Below, piece after piece: positions 19,306 through 28,750 of a stretch of 41,255 nt of DNA. Each line of letters opens with the position of its first letter. Within the stretch, counting starts at the first letter, position 1. This DNA is from a virus (lineage: Duplodnaviria; Caudoviricetes), in the IMG/VR virus record IMGVR_UViG_3300030099_003815, positions 1 to 41,255 of that record; one strand, given 5' to 3'. Under the pieces are notes generated by a model. That model saw only the letters and a program-made list of their open reading frames with translations, ran no database searches and was not told the origin of the DNA. The translations under genes and the position numbers were made by a program.

Positions 19306-21803
19306 GGGCCGCTCATTACTTTAGATTTACCTTTGCCAGCTTCTTTTATCATATTAGTTATATCTGATGGAGAAGCTCCGCCTATCCATTGAGGCATATT
19401 TTTTGCCCACCAGCCAGGAGGTCTAACATAATTAAGATCAGCAAATGAAATTTCAAAAAATGATCCGTCAGACATTTCTGCGGGGATTAATATACCACCA
19501 CCCTCTGATGAAGCTGCACCACCTGCCAAGCCAGGATATACTAGCATAAGACCATCGCCGTCGTCATTCATAACGAATCTGCCAAACTTTACAAGATAAT
19601 CTGCAAAATAACCTGATGCAAAAGCCTGATCAGCATTGACCTGAGGAACAACCGACGGCGGCACTTTAATTCCTCTAGACGTTAGCATTTCCATTACGGC
19701 TTCTTTATCATTAATTATATCTGTTAGATTACCATTAACAATGTCTGCATTTATTGGTTCACCATCATTACCAGTGTGCTGTGGCAATACGTAAAAAGCA
19801 GCATCTTCATTTTTAACAAACTGTATTTGTGTCTCTAGTGTTTTCTTAACTATGGCTGCTGCAGCATTAGCATCTTTCAAACCACCATGTTTACGAATTT
19901 CTACCATTACTGCCTTGGTAAGTAATTCCCTCATATTTTTATCTTCGGTAGTTCTACCAAACATGCCGCCATGAAAAGTAAATAGCAGATCGCCTAGTGT
20001 ACCTTGCACCGCTTTATTTATTTGATCTATCTTAAAACCATCGCCAAGTGCAGTTACAGTATCTTTTAAATCATTATAATTTTCGGCAAAAGCAGTAGCT
20101 AGCATAGGACCAGCATTAGATCTACTAAATGCTCCTATCAACATCCAGTTACCATCTAGGCCACCTTTCATTGTAGTAAGCTGTCCCCACACTAAGTCAA
20201 AATGGTCGCCATATTCTTTTTCTAGTTCTTCATAAGCAATCAACATCATATCTGGATTAGTCTGACCCCTAAGATTAGCTACAATTTTTGCTGCATCTCT
20301 ATTTGGCAGCAAGCTAGGTCTTTTAATACCCAGAGTTTCAGCGTAAGCTATGATTGCGTCGCGTTGCTCAACCGGATCTGTAATAGCTTGTATGGGATCG
20401 TGATTTAAGGCATACTCACCGAAGTCTTCTTCTCTGAGTTTAATCACGTTATTCATATGAGTAAGTAGGCCTGAGCTAAACTTAGTCATTTCAATTGCGT
20501 TAAACTTTCTTATATCTACAATTTCGTCGCCAATATTCTCTCTAATCCAGTTTGTAATTTCTGTACCTTCCGGATCAGTAGTAGCTATTTGTTTAACAAG
20601 GTCTGAAATTGTTCTAGCACTTTCTATAAGGTCATTGGTAGATGAGTTAGCAGTAGACTCAATATAATTTCCTGTAGCCCTAGCCACTTTTATATTACTA
20701 GCGGCTTGCTTTAAGAATATTTCAGCGTCTTCATAAAGTTCAGGCAGCATCTCTAGTTTAACGGCTCCATAAGGACCGCCAAACACGCCTATAACCATAT
20801 TTTCTAAACCGTTAGGCGTATTAAGCTCGTCAACTCCAGGGCCACCTGCTGATAAACTTGCAACGTGATTATCAATAGTTATGCCTAAGTCATTAAGCTC
20901 TTTTTTACCAACCACAGACGCCTGAGCTTTAGCAGCTTTCATAAGCTGTTCTTTAACAGGTGGCGAAAGAATAGATAGGTGCTTACCAACGGCGTGCGTA
21001 AAGTTTTTACCTTTCTTTCCTTTAAGCAAGGCAAAAGCTAAAAATGGATCATCTCTAATTAAACCCAAGGTAGCATTATATACTAGGTTTTGTTGAGCTT
21101 CACGTGATACACCAATCAAGTGCTCTGCCTTAATCCCACCTTCTATCTTTTTAGTTGTAGGATCATCTTCAACCTCGGCCAAAGTTTTTATACTCATCAT
21201 TGAGATGTCAATCATCTCTGGGTTTTTTAAGACTTGATTATTATACTTATCAAATGACGATTTAAGTTTATCTAGTTTAGCTTTAGACCTTAAATCAGCC
21301 TCATAGCCCATTGCTTGATTTGTATAGGCAGACTTAAGTTGAGCTTTTTGCTGCTCCCACAATTGAGCTGTAAACTCATTGGGAGCCTTATATCGTTGTG
21401 ACTCGGTGCCATCAGGCCCCTTCTCTATTTTACCTATAAGATTGTCAAAACCGTTTTTAATCTTGTTAGTATATGTGTTTTGATTACTACCGTCTACAAA
21501 AGAGTCATTTATTAAATAATCATCTGGCTTTTGTTTTAGCTTTTCTTCTTCGACAAGAGCAGTCATTTCTTCTCGCAGATCTGCTTCTGCCGAGACAACC
21601 CACATCTTAGCTTCTTTTTTAGCTTGATCTATTTCGTAGTTAGCAATATTTTGCCCTGCTGACACGGCACCTCTGCCCATGTTAGCCATAGCACGGCCTG
21701 GTGCAGCAAGCTGCTGTATAGCTCCGCCGCTCATAGGACTTAATCTACGTGTAGGTAAACTTACCTCGCCACCCTGATCTGAATATTTAGGAACCTGAAC
21801 CAT
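19302..21803 (-). CDS. Internal virion (ejection) protein
   Basis: 833-aa helical ORF starting MVQVPKY, between the gp14-like gene and other core genes; no catalytic motif recognised. Confidence 0.65.
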   Translation of the reverse strand: MVQVPKYSDQGGEVSLPTRRLSPMSGGAIQQLAAPGRAMANMGRGAVSAGQNIANYEIDQAKKEAKMWVVSAEADLREEMTALVEEEKLKQKPDDYLINDSFVDGSNQNTYTNKIKNGFDNLIGKIEKGPDGTESQRYKAPNEFTAQLWEQQKAQLKSAYTNQAMGYEADLRSKAKLDKLKSSFDKYNNQVLKNPEMIDISMMSIKTLAEVEDDPTTKKIEGGIKAEHLIGVSREAQQNLVYNATLGLIRDDPFLAFALLKGKKGKNFTHAVGKHLSILSPPVKEQLMKAAKAQASVVGKKELNDLGITIDNHVASLSAGGPGVDELNTPNGLENMVIGVFGGPYGAVKLEMLPELYEDAEIFLKQAASNIKVARATGNYIESTANSSTNDLIESARTISDLVKQIATTDPEGTEITNWIRENIGDEIVDIRKFNAIEMTKFSSGLLTHMNNVIKLREEDFGEYALNHDPIQAITDPVEQRDAIIAYAETLGIKRPSLLPNRDAAKIVANLRGQTNPDMMLIAYEELEKEYGDHFDLVWGQLTTMKGGLDGNWMLIGAFSRSNAGPMLATAFAENYNDLKDTVTALGDGFKIDQINKAVQGTLGDLLFTFHGGMFGRTTEDKNMRELLTKAVMVEIRKHGGLKDANAAAAIVKKTLETQIQFVKNEDAAFYVLPQHTGNDGEPINADIVNGNLTDIINDKEAVMEMLTSRGIKVPPSVVPQVNADQAFASGYFADYLVKFGRFVMNDDGDGLMLVYPGLAGGAASSEGGGILIPAEMSDGSFFEISFADLNYVRPPGWWAKNMPQWIGGASPSDITNMIKEAGKGKSKVMSGP

Positions 21804-22282
21804 TACATTAATCCTAGTGACTGACCTTGCTTCATAGTGGTATATGACTGACCACCGCCACTTAACAATGTCCCTGCAGCATTAAACATACCAGCCTTAT
21901 ATGCAGCTTTACCTTGCATTCTAGACAGTGATGCTTGTGCTCTTTGATTAACTGCTTCGACACTACCACCATACAGTATTGCCATTTTATCCATTTCGCC
22001 CTCCTGCATTGTTTGTCGCAACGTATCAAGAGCAGTACCCGCATTAGACACAAAGCCTGACCCAGCGTAAGCAACACGCTGCCTAGCCAGCATCTTACGT
22101 GTACGTGACTCTTGGCGTCGCGCTTCATAGTCTGCTTGCTCTTGTGCAATACGAGCATTTTGTTCCTGAATGGCAGCATTATATTCATAGGCACGCTTTT
22201 GGGCTTTACCTGCCTGATACTGACCATAGGCTGAAACCGCGGTACCGACCGCCATCATAGCTACTGCAACTTCAAACCCCAT
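21803..22282 (-). CDS. Small internal virion protein (T7 gp14-like)
   Basis: Hydrophobic Ala/Gly-rich N-terminus, Gln/Ala coiled coil, QRVAYAGSG motif. Confidence 0.75.
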   Translation of the reverse strand: MGFEVAVAMMAVGTAVSAYGQYQAGKAQKRAYEYNAAIQEQNARIAQEQADYEARRQESRTRKMLARQRVAYAGSGFVSNAGTALDTLRQTMQEGEMDKMAILYGGSVEAVNQRAQASLSRMQGKAAYKAGMFNAAGTLLSGGGQSYTTMKQGQSLGLM

Positions 22283-22692
22283 TAGTACACCTTTGCATAT
22301 CTGTAATGATCGCGCCCATCTGGCCCAAACGCTTTCATCACGCCTTCATTAACATATCCCTGCCACTCTAGCCAACGCTGCCAGACACAATTTGCGGTAG
22401 GTACTGTCGTTTGTGCACGCCTTGGCTTAAAGTTATCAACAAGAAATTTTTCTTGTTGCTTAATTAACTTTATACACTGCAATTTACGGTTTTTAAACTT
22501 TTTACTTGTAAATAAAAATGTTTCGTAATTTCCTGGCCATATTGGTATAGCCCCAAATATGGCATAAAAATGACCACCTTCTGTCAGGGTAAAAGCCACG
22601 GCTTGCTTTTCCCAGTTTACCCCATCTCTAAAAACAGGATATTCTGGTACTAAAAAATCTAAATGCCAGTTTTCAAATGGTACAACTATCAT
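22282..22692 (-). CDS. GNAT-fold acetyltransferase-like protein (T7 gp13 position)
   Basis: RRAQTTV...RWLEWQGYVNEGVMKAFGPDGRDHYRYA; ATG 22692 couples to the tubular B stop. Confidence 0.7.
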   Translation of the reverse strand: MIVVPFENWHLDFLVPEYPVFRDGVNWEKQAVAFTLTEGGHFYAIFGAIPIWPGNYETFLFTSKKFKNRKLQCIKLIKQQEKFLVDNFKPRRAQTTVPTANCVWQRWLEWQGYVNEGVMKAFGPDGRDHYRYAKVY

Positions 22693-24749
22693 CGTTCTGA
22701 CACCACCAATGCATACATGATCGCCAGTATCGTACACGGCAAAGGATCTTCGTGAACAAAGAATAAATCAAACTGCCTATCAGGCGTATGCTGCAATAAT
22801 AATCGTTTGTCACCTGTAAATAATTCTAACTGACCCATAGGTATAGATGGAGTACGAAACGGTATCTCTTGTAAGTTATTTAAGTGTGGCCCAATCTTAA
22901 GAGTATACGTATCTACCACCCTGGCTGTAATTCTTTCAATACGCCTAGTCTTACCTTGTGATGGCCCTGTTTCTGTTTGTACCTCAGGATCTAGCGTACG
23001 CATCAAGGCTCGATAAGATAATCCCACATGTACGGTATTAGCGGGTCTGTCTAGTGTTATAGATCCGCTGTTTACTACCTTGTTAGGATGATTAGCACCA
23101 TCAGCTAGTATTCTTACTGTCTCGCCTTCTAAGTGATCTAAACCAGAAACAGAAGTAACAGCTGTTGAGGGGTCATCATAGGTTAGCCCACTATCAACAA
23201 AAAAGGCATCTTTAGGTAAGTCTCCTTTGGCCTGGTCAAATGCTTTTTCTAAAAATTCTATATACTGTTTTACTTGTCCGTTAATACTACGCTCAACAAC
23301 CATATATAACTGTTCTTCTAATTCATCAGCTGATGAGATTGCAGCAATACTTTTTACTTTAGCTGCAGCAGTACTAGAAGCACCTAGTATATGTCTATGC
23401 CAAGCTACAACATCTTGTGCTCTTTCATATGTTAAGCAGCGTAGTTCACCTGTATCTAGTAATGTCCATATTAAACTATCAGGCGAACGAGTATATGCTA
23501 GCTCCTTGGCGTTACCGGTAGTAATATGTTCAGCAATAAGAGTAAGATCAGGAGTACTAAAGCCGTCCACCTCGAGATTATAAGCGAGTTCTCTGATCTT
23601 TGTCCGGGTTCGATCAATAAAAATAGTGGCCCTAGAAGCACCAACAGGGCGCAGATTAGCAGTACCATCTGTCGTTTCTCTGTTAACAGTTACGTTGTTG
23701 GGAGTCAGCGCAAGGTTATCACTACCAGATGATACAACAAAAGGCCCGTCAGATGTACCAAGGAGCAGCTGCTTTGCTCCATACATCCACCTTATAGCAT
23801 TCACCTGGTCTGTAGCCAACGTAAGGTCTAGACCGGAATCGTCTAGCACTTCTGCATCCCTGTTGGTGGGAGAAAACGTCTCAAAGTTACCTGACTCTGA
23901 TGCCCACAGAGTATTAGGAGACGTTTGGTTATTTGCAAAGAATAAGCGTTGTTGATAGAATGTAGCTGTTGTAGGCCAGCCAGTAGTATCTGACCATATG
24001 CCTAGCCGCCAGTTATCTGTGGCAGTAGTATCGCCAAAAGCAAAATCGTTATAAGTAGTAGCAGCAACAGACGTAGTACTGTTGATAGCCGTAATTTTTG
24101 CCGATCCCCACTTGCCGCCCCTAAGTATCCTAATACAACGCCCCACATCTGTCGATAAAAATCCTTGATTATTATTAATACCAGTTACAGCTGATGCTGT
24201 TATAGTTACATTACCTGAAGTAGCTGAAGCAGCCAAGGTAGTAGCTGTCGTATTTATATCACCCCATGGTCCATCAATTGCTTCGAGCAAGCTAAATGAA
24301 AAGGCGGTATGGCCTGTACGACTTAGCTTACGCGTCTGATAATTAGGATGTGTTAAGTATAATATATCAGCTGACTGAGTAAACTTAATCTCATCTAAAT
24401 CATCCTCGTCGTAAGGACTAGCAATCTCGTAAGGTCCTACACCAGGAGATGCTTGTTGTATTTGCCCCTCATTACGATAAAATCTTACATAGTTATGGCC
24501 AAACTCTAAAACATAGGCCTGCACCGTACTAAAAATAAAAGGTATCAAGCGTACTTTTTTACTGCTGTCTTTTACCTCAGCAATAAATCTTGTACCAGAT
24601 CTTTTAGTGATACCGCCATGAGGGAAACAAATAAAGTTTTCACACCGTTGAACAGAGCTCGTGTACTTAGTCAAGTCAACACGACCTAACAATCTTGGGC
24701 TAATCTCGCCGCCTGTAAAGTTTGTTTGTATTGGCGTGACTTTAGCCAT
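22689..24749 (-). CDS. Tail tubular protein B (nozzle)
   Basis: QTNFTGGEISPRLLGRVD N-terminus, FTQSADILY, FYQQRLFF, VVAWHRH, GLDHLEGETV. Confidence 0.9.
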   Translation of the reverse strand: MAKVTPIQTNFTGGEISPRLLGRVDLTKYTSSVQRCENFICFPHGGITKRSGTRFIAEVKDSSKKVRLIPFIFSTVQAYVLEFGHNYVRFYRNEGQIQQASPGVGPYEIASPYDEDDLDEIKFTQSADILYLTHPNYQTRKLSRTGHTAFSFSLLEAIDGPWGDINTTATTLAASATSGNVTITASAVTGINNNQGFLSTDVGRCIRILRGGKWGSAKITAINSTTSVAATTYNDFAFGDTTATDNWRLGIWSDTTGWPTTATFYQQRLFFANNQTSPNTLWASESGNFETFSPTNRDAEVLDDSGLDLTLATDQVNAIRWMYGAKQLLLGTSDGPFVVSSGSDNLALTPNNVTVNRETTDGTANLRPVGASRATIFIDRTRTKIRELAYNLEVDGFSTPDLTLIAEHITTGNAKELAYTRSPDSLIWTLLDTGELRCLTYERAQDVVAWHRHILGASSTAAAKVKSIAAISSADELEEQLYMVVERSINGQVKQYIEFLEKAFDQAKGDLPKDAFFVDSGLTYDDPSTAVTSVSGLDHLEGETVRILADGANHPNKVVNSGSITLDRPANTVHVGLSYRALMRTLDPEVQTETGPSQGKTRRIERITARVVDTYTLKIGPHLNNLQEIPFRTPSIPMGQLELFTGDKRLLLQHTPDRQFDLFFVHEDPLPCTILAIMYALVVSER

Positions 24750-24751
24750 GT

Positions 24752-25351
24752 TTACCTCGGTGGTGTATTAATATTAGGTCTTATTACCCCTTGTCGTGAT
24801 TCCAGCCAGTAGTCTGCATCCAACACGTCTTGCTGCTGCTCTTGTGCATCTACAAATTTAGCTTCTCTTAATTTAAGCTCGTACATCTGAAACATCTGTT
24901 CCATAGCTGATGTACTTTGTAGTAACGGTTGCGCTAAATCAGCTGCTATCCTAGCTGCCAATGTATCAAGCAATAAGGTATCATACACAGTCACATCTGT
25001 GATTAATGCCGTATACTTAATATTCATCGAGCCTTCGTCAGATAGTATGTGTCGCCTCTCTAACTGAAATACTGTTTGTGTTGGATCCTCGACTTCAAGT
25101 AGTCTCAGAAAATCAGCAGGTAATACAAACCTGTTTGCATAACCATAAACCGGTGGTGTCACATCTTTAGGGAGAGCAGCTCGTCTTGTCAAGCAGTTCC
25201 AAGGGTGACCTCTAAATACAGCTGCACGCGTGTCATCAAATAACACACGAGCTACTGAAGCCTGTTTGCTGTTATCAGATAATGAGGTGATCGACTCAAT
25301 ACCTAATAGTGCTAGGCTTCGGTTTATAATTTCTATATCAGATGCTGCCAT
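24752..25351 (-). CDS. Tail tubular protein A (adaptor)
   Basis: IINRSLALLG...HPWNC...LPADFLR motif; position after capsid genes. Confidence 0.88.
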   Translation of the reverse strand: MAASDIEIINRSLALLGIESITSLSDNSKQASVARVLFDDTRAAVFRGHPWNCLTRRAALPKDVTPPVYGYANRFVLPADFLRLLEVEDPTQTVFQLERRHILSDEGSMNIKYTALITDVTVYDTLLLDTLAARIAADLAQPLLQSTSAMEQMFQMYELKLREAKFVDAQEQQQDVLDADYWLESRQGVIRPNINTPPR

Positions 25352-25358
25352 GATAGGT

Positions 25359-25393
25359 TTGAGGGGAGGTGTTCGGAATTAACCTCCCCTCAA
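25359..25393 (-). promoter_or_regulatory. 12-bp hairpin between capsid-associated gene and tail adaptor
   Basis: TTGAGGGGAGGT...ACCTCCCCTCAA; no U-tract on the coding strand. Confidence 0.75.
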
Positions 25394-25398
25394 TCTCC

Positions 25399-25851
25399 TT
25401 AGTCGATGACGTAACAGACGTAACCACTTAAGGTTGCTGCATCAGGTATAGTACCATCGTTGATCTGTGCTGCCAATACAAAACCGTCTTTGGTTGTGAG
25501 TTGACTGTTGATCTGAATGGTCGTAGTACCTGCAGTAGCAACTGCGGTATTCGCACTGAAAGCATCAGGATCAGCGGCAATCGCATTTCCATCAGCATCG
25601 TTAGCACCTAAATGACCCAGGTCCATAGTTCTGGACGAACCGAGAGCACTATTTGTCACAACGGCATACAGGACCCTCATAGCCCCTGCTTCCATTTGCG
25701 CAAGTAATGCTTGATCACCGGCTGAACCAGCACCAGATTGAGTGAAGTCAAACGCTTTGACTCGAACCCTACCACGATCTTCGTGAGTAGCATTCATCAC
25801 TCTAGGAGTGGCCTGAGTATTAGCGTACTGAGTTGAGTTTTGTGTAGCCAT
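25399..25851 (-). CDS. Capsid-associated (decoration/cement-like) protein
   Basis: 150-aa Ala/Thr-rich beta protein directly after MCP with strong AGGAGG RBS. Confidence 0.6.
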   Translation of the reverse strand: MATQNSTQYANTQATPRVMNATHEDRGRVRVKAFDFTQSGAGSAGDQALLAQMEAGAMRVLYAVVTNSALGSSRTMDLGHLGANDADGNAIAADPDAFSANTAVATAGTTTIQINSQLTTKDGFVLAAQINDGTIPDAATLSGYVCYVID

Positions 25852-25862
25852 ATCAGTCCTCC

Positions 25863-26750
25863 TTAGCTCTCATCGCACTTGATTTCAAGTACTTTCTCTT
25901 CTTGCATTCGGACAGCGCCGAAAGAAGCTGAGCAATAAACCTGAGTACTATTTCTCTTATCACGTCTTGGACCGATGTCAACGTTGACATCTTGACCAAC
26001 GGCCATTAGCAATCCTGATTTACAGTATGCCAATACCCTACGATGAGAGTTAGCGTCAGTGTTTACGAGTTCGGTGCGTACAAACTCAAAACCCATGAAA
26101 GTATTTACATCGCCTTGAACAAGCGCTTTAACTGAGTTAAAGTCAGCACTTGTTACCTCAGTTGTCTGCAATAGATCGGTGATCTGTTTTGCAGTACAGA
26201 TGACGTAACGCGGATCTGACGGATCAGTCTCAGCAGCATCTAGCTGCTCTTTCGCTGCTCTTAGCTTACCAATGGTTAGACCAGAGTTAGTAGCTGAACC
26301 ACTCTCTACAAAGTTAACAGCGATTTGCTGTGCTGCAGGGAATGTTACAGTTGTTGAACCAGTCTTACCAGTTTGAACACTACCGAATGCAGCCTCAAGA
26401 ATGATCTCATCCATCTTACGACCAAGTGCAAATGATGCATTTTGGCTGTAAGGTGAAGTAGGATCAATCAACATTCTGATTCGATCTTGCCTATCAATCA
26501 ACTCTGCCCAGTCAAAGTCACGCAGTGAGACTCTACGTCTGTCGTGCGGTACATTGATGAGTGGAGTATCTTGGTGACGTCCAGTAACCTCTTGTGCAGA
26601 AGTCGCGCCAATTCTGTCATAAAAGTCAAACTCAGCTGACTGAGTCTCGACCCTCACGAACGGACGTAGGCGGGAGCCTTTCTGCTGTAGGAGGTGCTCG
26701 ACGTTTGCTTTGTACTGTTGTACAAAGGCGGTCGTGATTTGAAAGCTCAT
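25863..26750 (-). CDS. Major capsid protein
   Basis: ITTAFVQQY...LLQQKGSRLR, ALGRKMDEII, TSADFNSVKALVQGDVNTFMGFEF, GAVRMQEEKV; RBS AAAGGAGG. Confidence 0.93.
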   Translation of the reverse strand: MSFQITTAFVQQYKANVEHLLQQKGSRLRPFVRVETQSAEFDFYDRIGATSAQEVTGRHQDTPLINVPHDRRRVSLRDFDWAELIDRQDRIRMLIDPTSPYSQNASFALGRKMDEIILEAAFGSVQTGKTGSTTVTFPAAQQIAVNFVESGSATNSGLTIGKLRAAKEQLDAAETDPSDPRYVICTAKQITDLLQTTEVTSADFNSVKALVQGDVNTFMGFEFVRTELVNTDANSHRRVLAYCKSGLLMAVGQDVNVDIGPRRDKRNSTQVYCSASFGAVRMQEEKVLEIKCDES

Positions 26751-26788
26751 AGCTTTCCTCCTTTCAACATATTAACGTTAGTCGCTTT

Positions 26789-26864
26789 GGCTGCCCTTTC
26801 GGACCTCTGCTTGCCGTTTAAAGTCGTGGCCTTAAATGACTTCGGACGGTTACCCGCTACCCGA
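26789..26864 (-). promoter_or_regulatory. Structured 5' leader of the capsid gene (two GNRA hairpins sharing a bulge motif)
   Basis: UCGGG-UAG-CGG-GUAA-CCG-UCCGA and GGUCC-GAAA-GGG-CAG-CC, with an AAGUC/GACUU stem between. Confidence 0.55.
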
Positions 26865-26868
26865 TATT

Positions 26869-26898
26869 ACTTTAACGCATTTTATGCGCTAAGTAAAC
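26869..26898 (-). promoter_or_regulatory. sigma70-like capsid promoter
   Basis: gTTTACT-17 nt-TAAAGT; the spacer contains the imperfect palindrome GCGCAT-AAA-ATGCGT. Confidence 0.6.
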
Positions 26899-27248
26899 TA
26901 TCCTCCAAGTTTTGTTCCTGTTGTACTACCCGCCGCTCGGCGAACAATACTTTGAGAATCAGCTTGGCTGTAACCTGCAAATTCAGCGCCTCTGATGGCT
27001 GCTTCAGGATTAGGACCGACGCCCTTACCCCTAGCACTACCCTGCATAGCATTAGCTACTACGGGATCTTTTTTACCCATCTTTTTAACCATAGCATTTG
27101 CTGCTTCTAAATACTTAGAAGGCACTGCCAAACGCTCGGCGATTCGCTTTTGATATTCGACAAACTTATCTTGTGTACGAGCGCTACGGCCCATCTTGGT
27201 CTTACGAAACTCGTCGTCCAAATATCCTATTTTAATAGTTTTTGCCAT
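26898..27248 (-). CDS. Basic hypothetical protein
   Basis: 116 aa, Lys/Arg/Ala-rich, TAATG coupling. Confidence 0.6.
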   Translation of the reverse strand: MAKTIKIGYLDDEFRKTKMGRSARTQDKFVEYQKRIAERLAVPSKYLEAANAMVKKMGKKDPVVANAMQGSARGKGVGPNPEAAIRGAEFAGYSQADSQSIVRRAAGSTTGTKLGG

Positions 27249-27436
27249 TACGTAATCTTATGATGCTTCTTATATTGACTAACCATTTTATCACCGACGC
27301 CCATGCTACCACCGGCGCCAAAGAAAGTATTATCGCCAACTGCCTTAAGGAAGGCCATTTTTTTAGAATGGTCCTTCCCCTTAGTCAGTTTTGTCTTGCC
27401 CTTTTTCTTGGACACATTGACATCAACCTGGCTCAT
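27248..27436 (-). CDS. Small Lys-rich protein
   Basis: 62 aa, abuts both neighbours. Confidence 0.6.
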   Translation of the reverse strand: MSQVDVNVSKKKGKTKLTKGKDHSKKMAFLKAVGDNTFFGAGGSMGVGDKMVSQYKKHHKIT

Positions 27437-27526
27437 TTACTTTCCCTTTGGCTTAGGTTTTGGCTTTGGCTTTGCCTTAGGCGGTCTTCCCACCTTAGAA
27501 CCATAAGTACCTTTTCCTTTTGGCAT
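27437..27526 (-). CDS. 29-aa Lys/Pro-rich peptide (not in ORF track)
   Basis: MPKGKGTYGSKVGRPPKAKPKPKPKPKGK with AGGAGGT RBS. Confidence 0.75.
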   Translation of the reverse strand: MPKGKGTYGSKVGRPPKAKPKPKPKPKGK

Positions 27527-27535
27527 ATTTACCTC

Positions 27536-27685
27536 CTATGCTTTTTTGGTTTGTGATCGTTTTAAGTCAGCATCAGTCGGGGCCCCTTTAGACCCCGGCT
27601 TCCGCATTTTTTCACCAGAACCGGCCTTTATTCTTCTACGCTTAGCGTGTATGTTAGCCCAAAGGCCAATTTTGGTTTTGCCCAT
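27536..27685 (-). CDS. 49-aa basic peptide (not in ORF track)
   Basis: MGKTKIGLWANIHAKRRRIKAGSGEKMRKPGSKGAPTDADLKRSQTKKA; TAATG coupling to the scaffold stop, GGAGG RBS. Confidence 0.75.
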   Translation of the reverse strand: MGKTKIGLWANIHAKRRRIKAGSGEKMRKPGSKGAPTDADLKRSQTKKA

Positions 27686-28494
27686 TATACATCCTCCGGA
27701 TAAGCAAATCCAAACAATGCTTGCATTTTTTCAATAGCTTCTTGATGACCATCTTTTTCGCTATCGTTATACTGCTCCATAAAGTTTGGATCTCGTTGTA
27801 GCCTAGCAATCTCCTGCCTTGCTGCATCTGGTGTCAATGTAAATGAATTACCGCGACCTGATGTATCAGCAGAATCTTCCATGATACCCATGCCTATCTT
27901 AGAAAACATTTTAATAAACATAGGGTGATCACCTAGACCTGTTTCATCTAGCCAACCTAGAAACTCGTCGCCGCCAAACTCGGCTGCTGCACGTTGTGCT
28001 GCGCTTACACGCTCATCGTATGCTGCGCCAAAGTCTCGCCTAATGTCTCGGTCCCATTCAGCTATCTGTGCTTCACGACCTACAGTCATATCTTGATGAC
28101 CTTTGCCGATATAGTTCATATAGCCGTTGTATAAGTTTTGAGCTTGTTTTTGAGACAGACCAGACTCATGCATAATTCTTAGCATTTCTCCTTCCATCTC
28201 TGAGTTATACTCTAGGCCTTGTGGTAAATCAGGCCGAGTAATCTCATACTTCTCAGGCCTACCTAACCTATTATAAAACTCATTAAACTCATCTGGTGAT
28301 GCATCATCTTTAGGAATAACTACCTTATCTGCACCAACCATTCTTTGACCATGAATAAAACTCTTGGCCAAACCATTAACGTCCTGTATTGAAGCGAGAC
28401 TCGGATCGTTTCTTATATCGTCACTTAATGACGCTCTCCAATCACCACCCGAGCTCCCCGCATCAACTTCTACGGACCCGACGTCCTCACTCAT
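27685..28494 (-). CDS. Capsid assembly scaffolding protein
   Basis: Acidic; DWRASL...LAKSF...FYNRLGRPE...GLGDHP; between portal and MCP. Confidence 0.85.
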   Translation of the reverse strand: MSEDVGSVEVDAGSSGGDWRASLSDDIRNDPSLASIQDVNGLAKSFIHGQRMVGADKVVIPKDDASPDEFNEFYNRLGRPEKYEITRPDLPQGLEYNSEMEGEMLRIMHESGLSQKQAQNLYNGYMNYIGKGHQDMTVGREAQIAEWDRDIRRDFGAAYDERVSAAQRAAAEFGGDEFLGWLDETGLGDHPMFIKMFSKIGMGIMEDSADTSGRGNSFTLTPDAARQEIARLQRDPNFMEQYNDSEKDGHQEAIEKMQALFGFAYPEDV

Positions 28495-28750
28495 CTTCTA
28501 CCTCCTTTGGTAAGTTTAACAATTCTTGCGGATCTTTGTCAATGAAACGCAAGATACTTATAACCATGCGACGCATACCTTCACGATGTGCAGTCTCATG
28601 AGTATCACCTGGTACATAGGTTGCTTCATTTACATGCGCAATCTTAACCAGATAATTCAGTACCCTATTTCCCGAAGGAGTAAGGAACACAGCTCTCATG
28701 TCTGTGTGTAATTCGCTAAGCTGATTAGTTTCCTGGGGTTTGTCCACCAT
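28487..28750 (-). CDS. Bbp19-like small head-module protein
   Basis: VFLTPSGNRVLNYL...TAHREGMRRMVISI motif after portal. Confidence 0.7.
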   Translation of the reverse strand: MVDKPQETNQLSELHTDMRAVFLTPSGNRVLNYLVKIAHVNEATYVPGDTHETAHREGMRRMVISILRFIDKDPQELLNLPKEVEDE

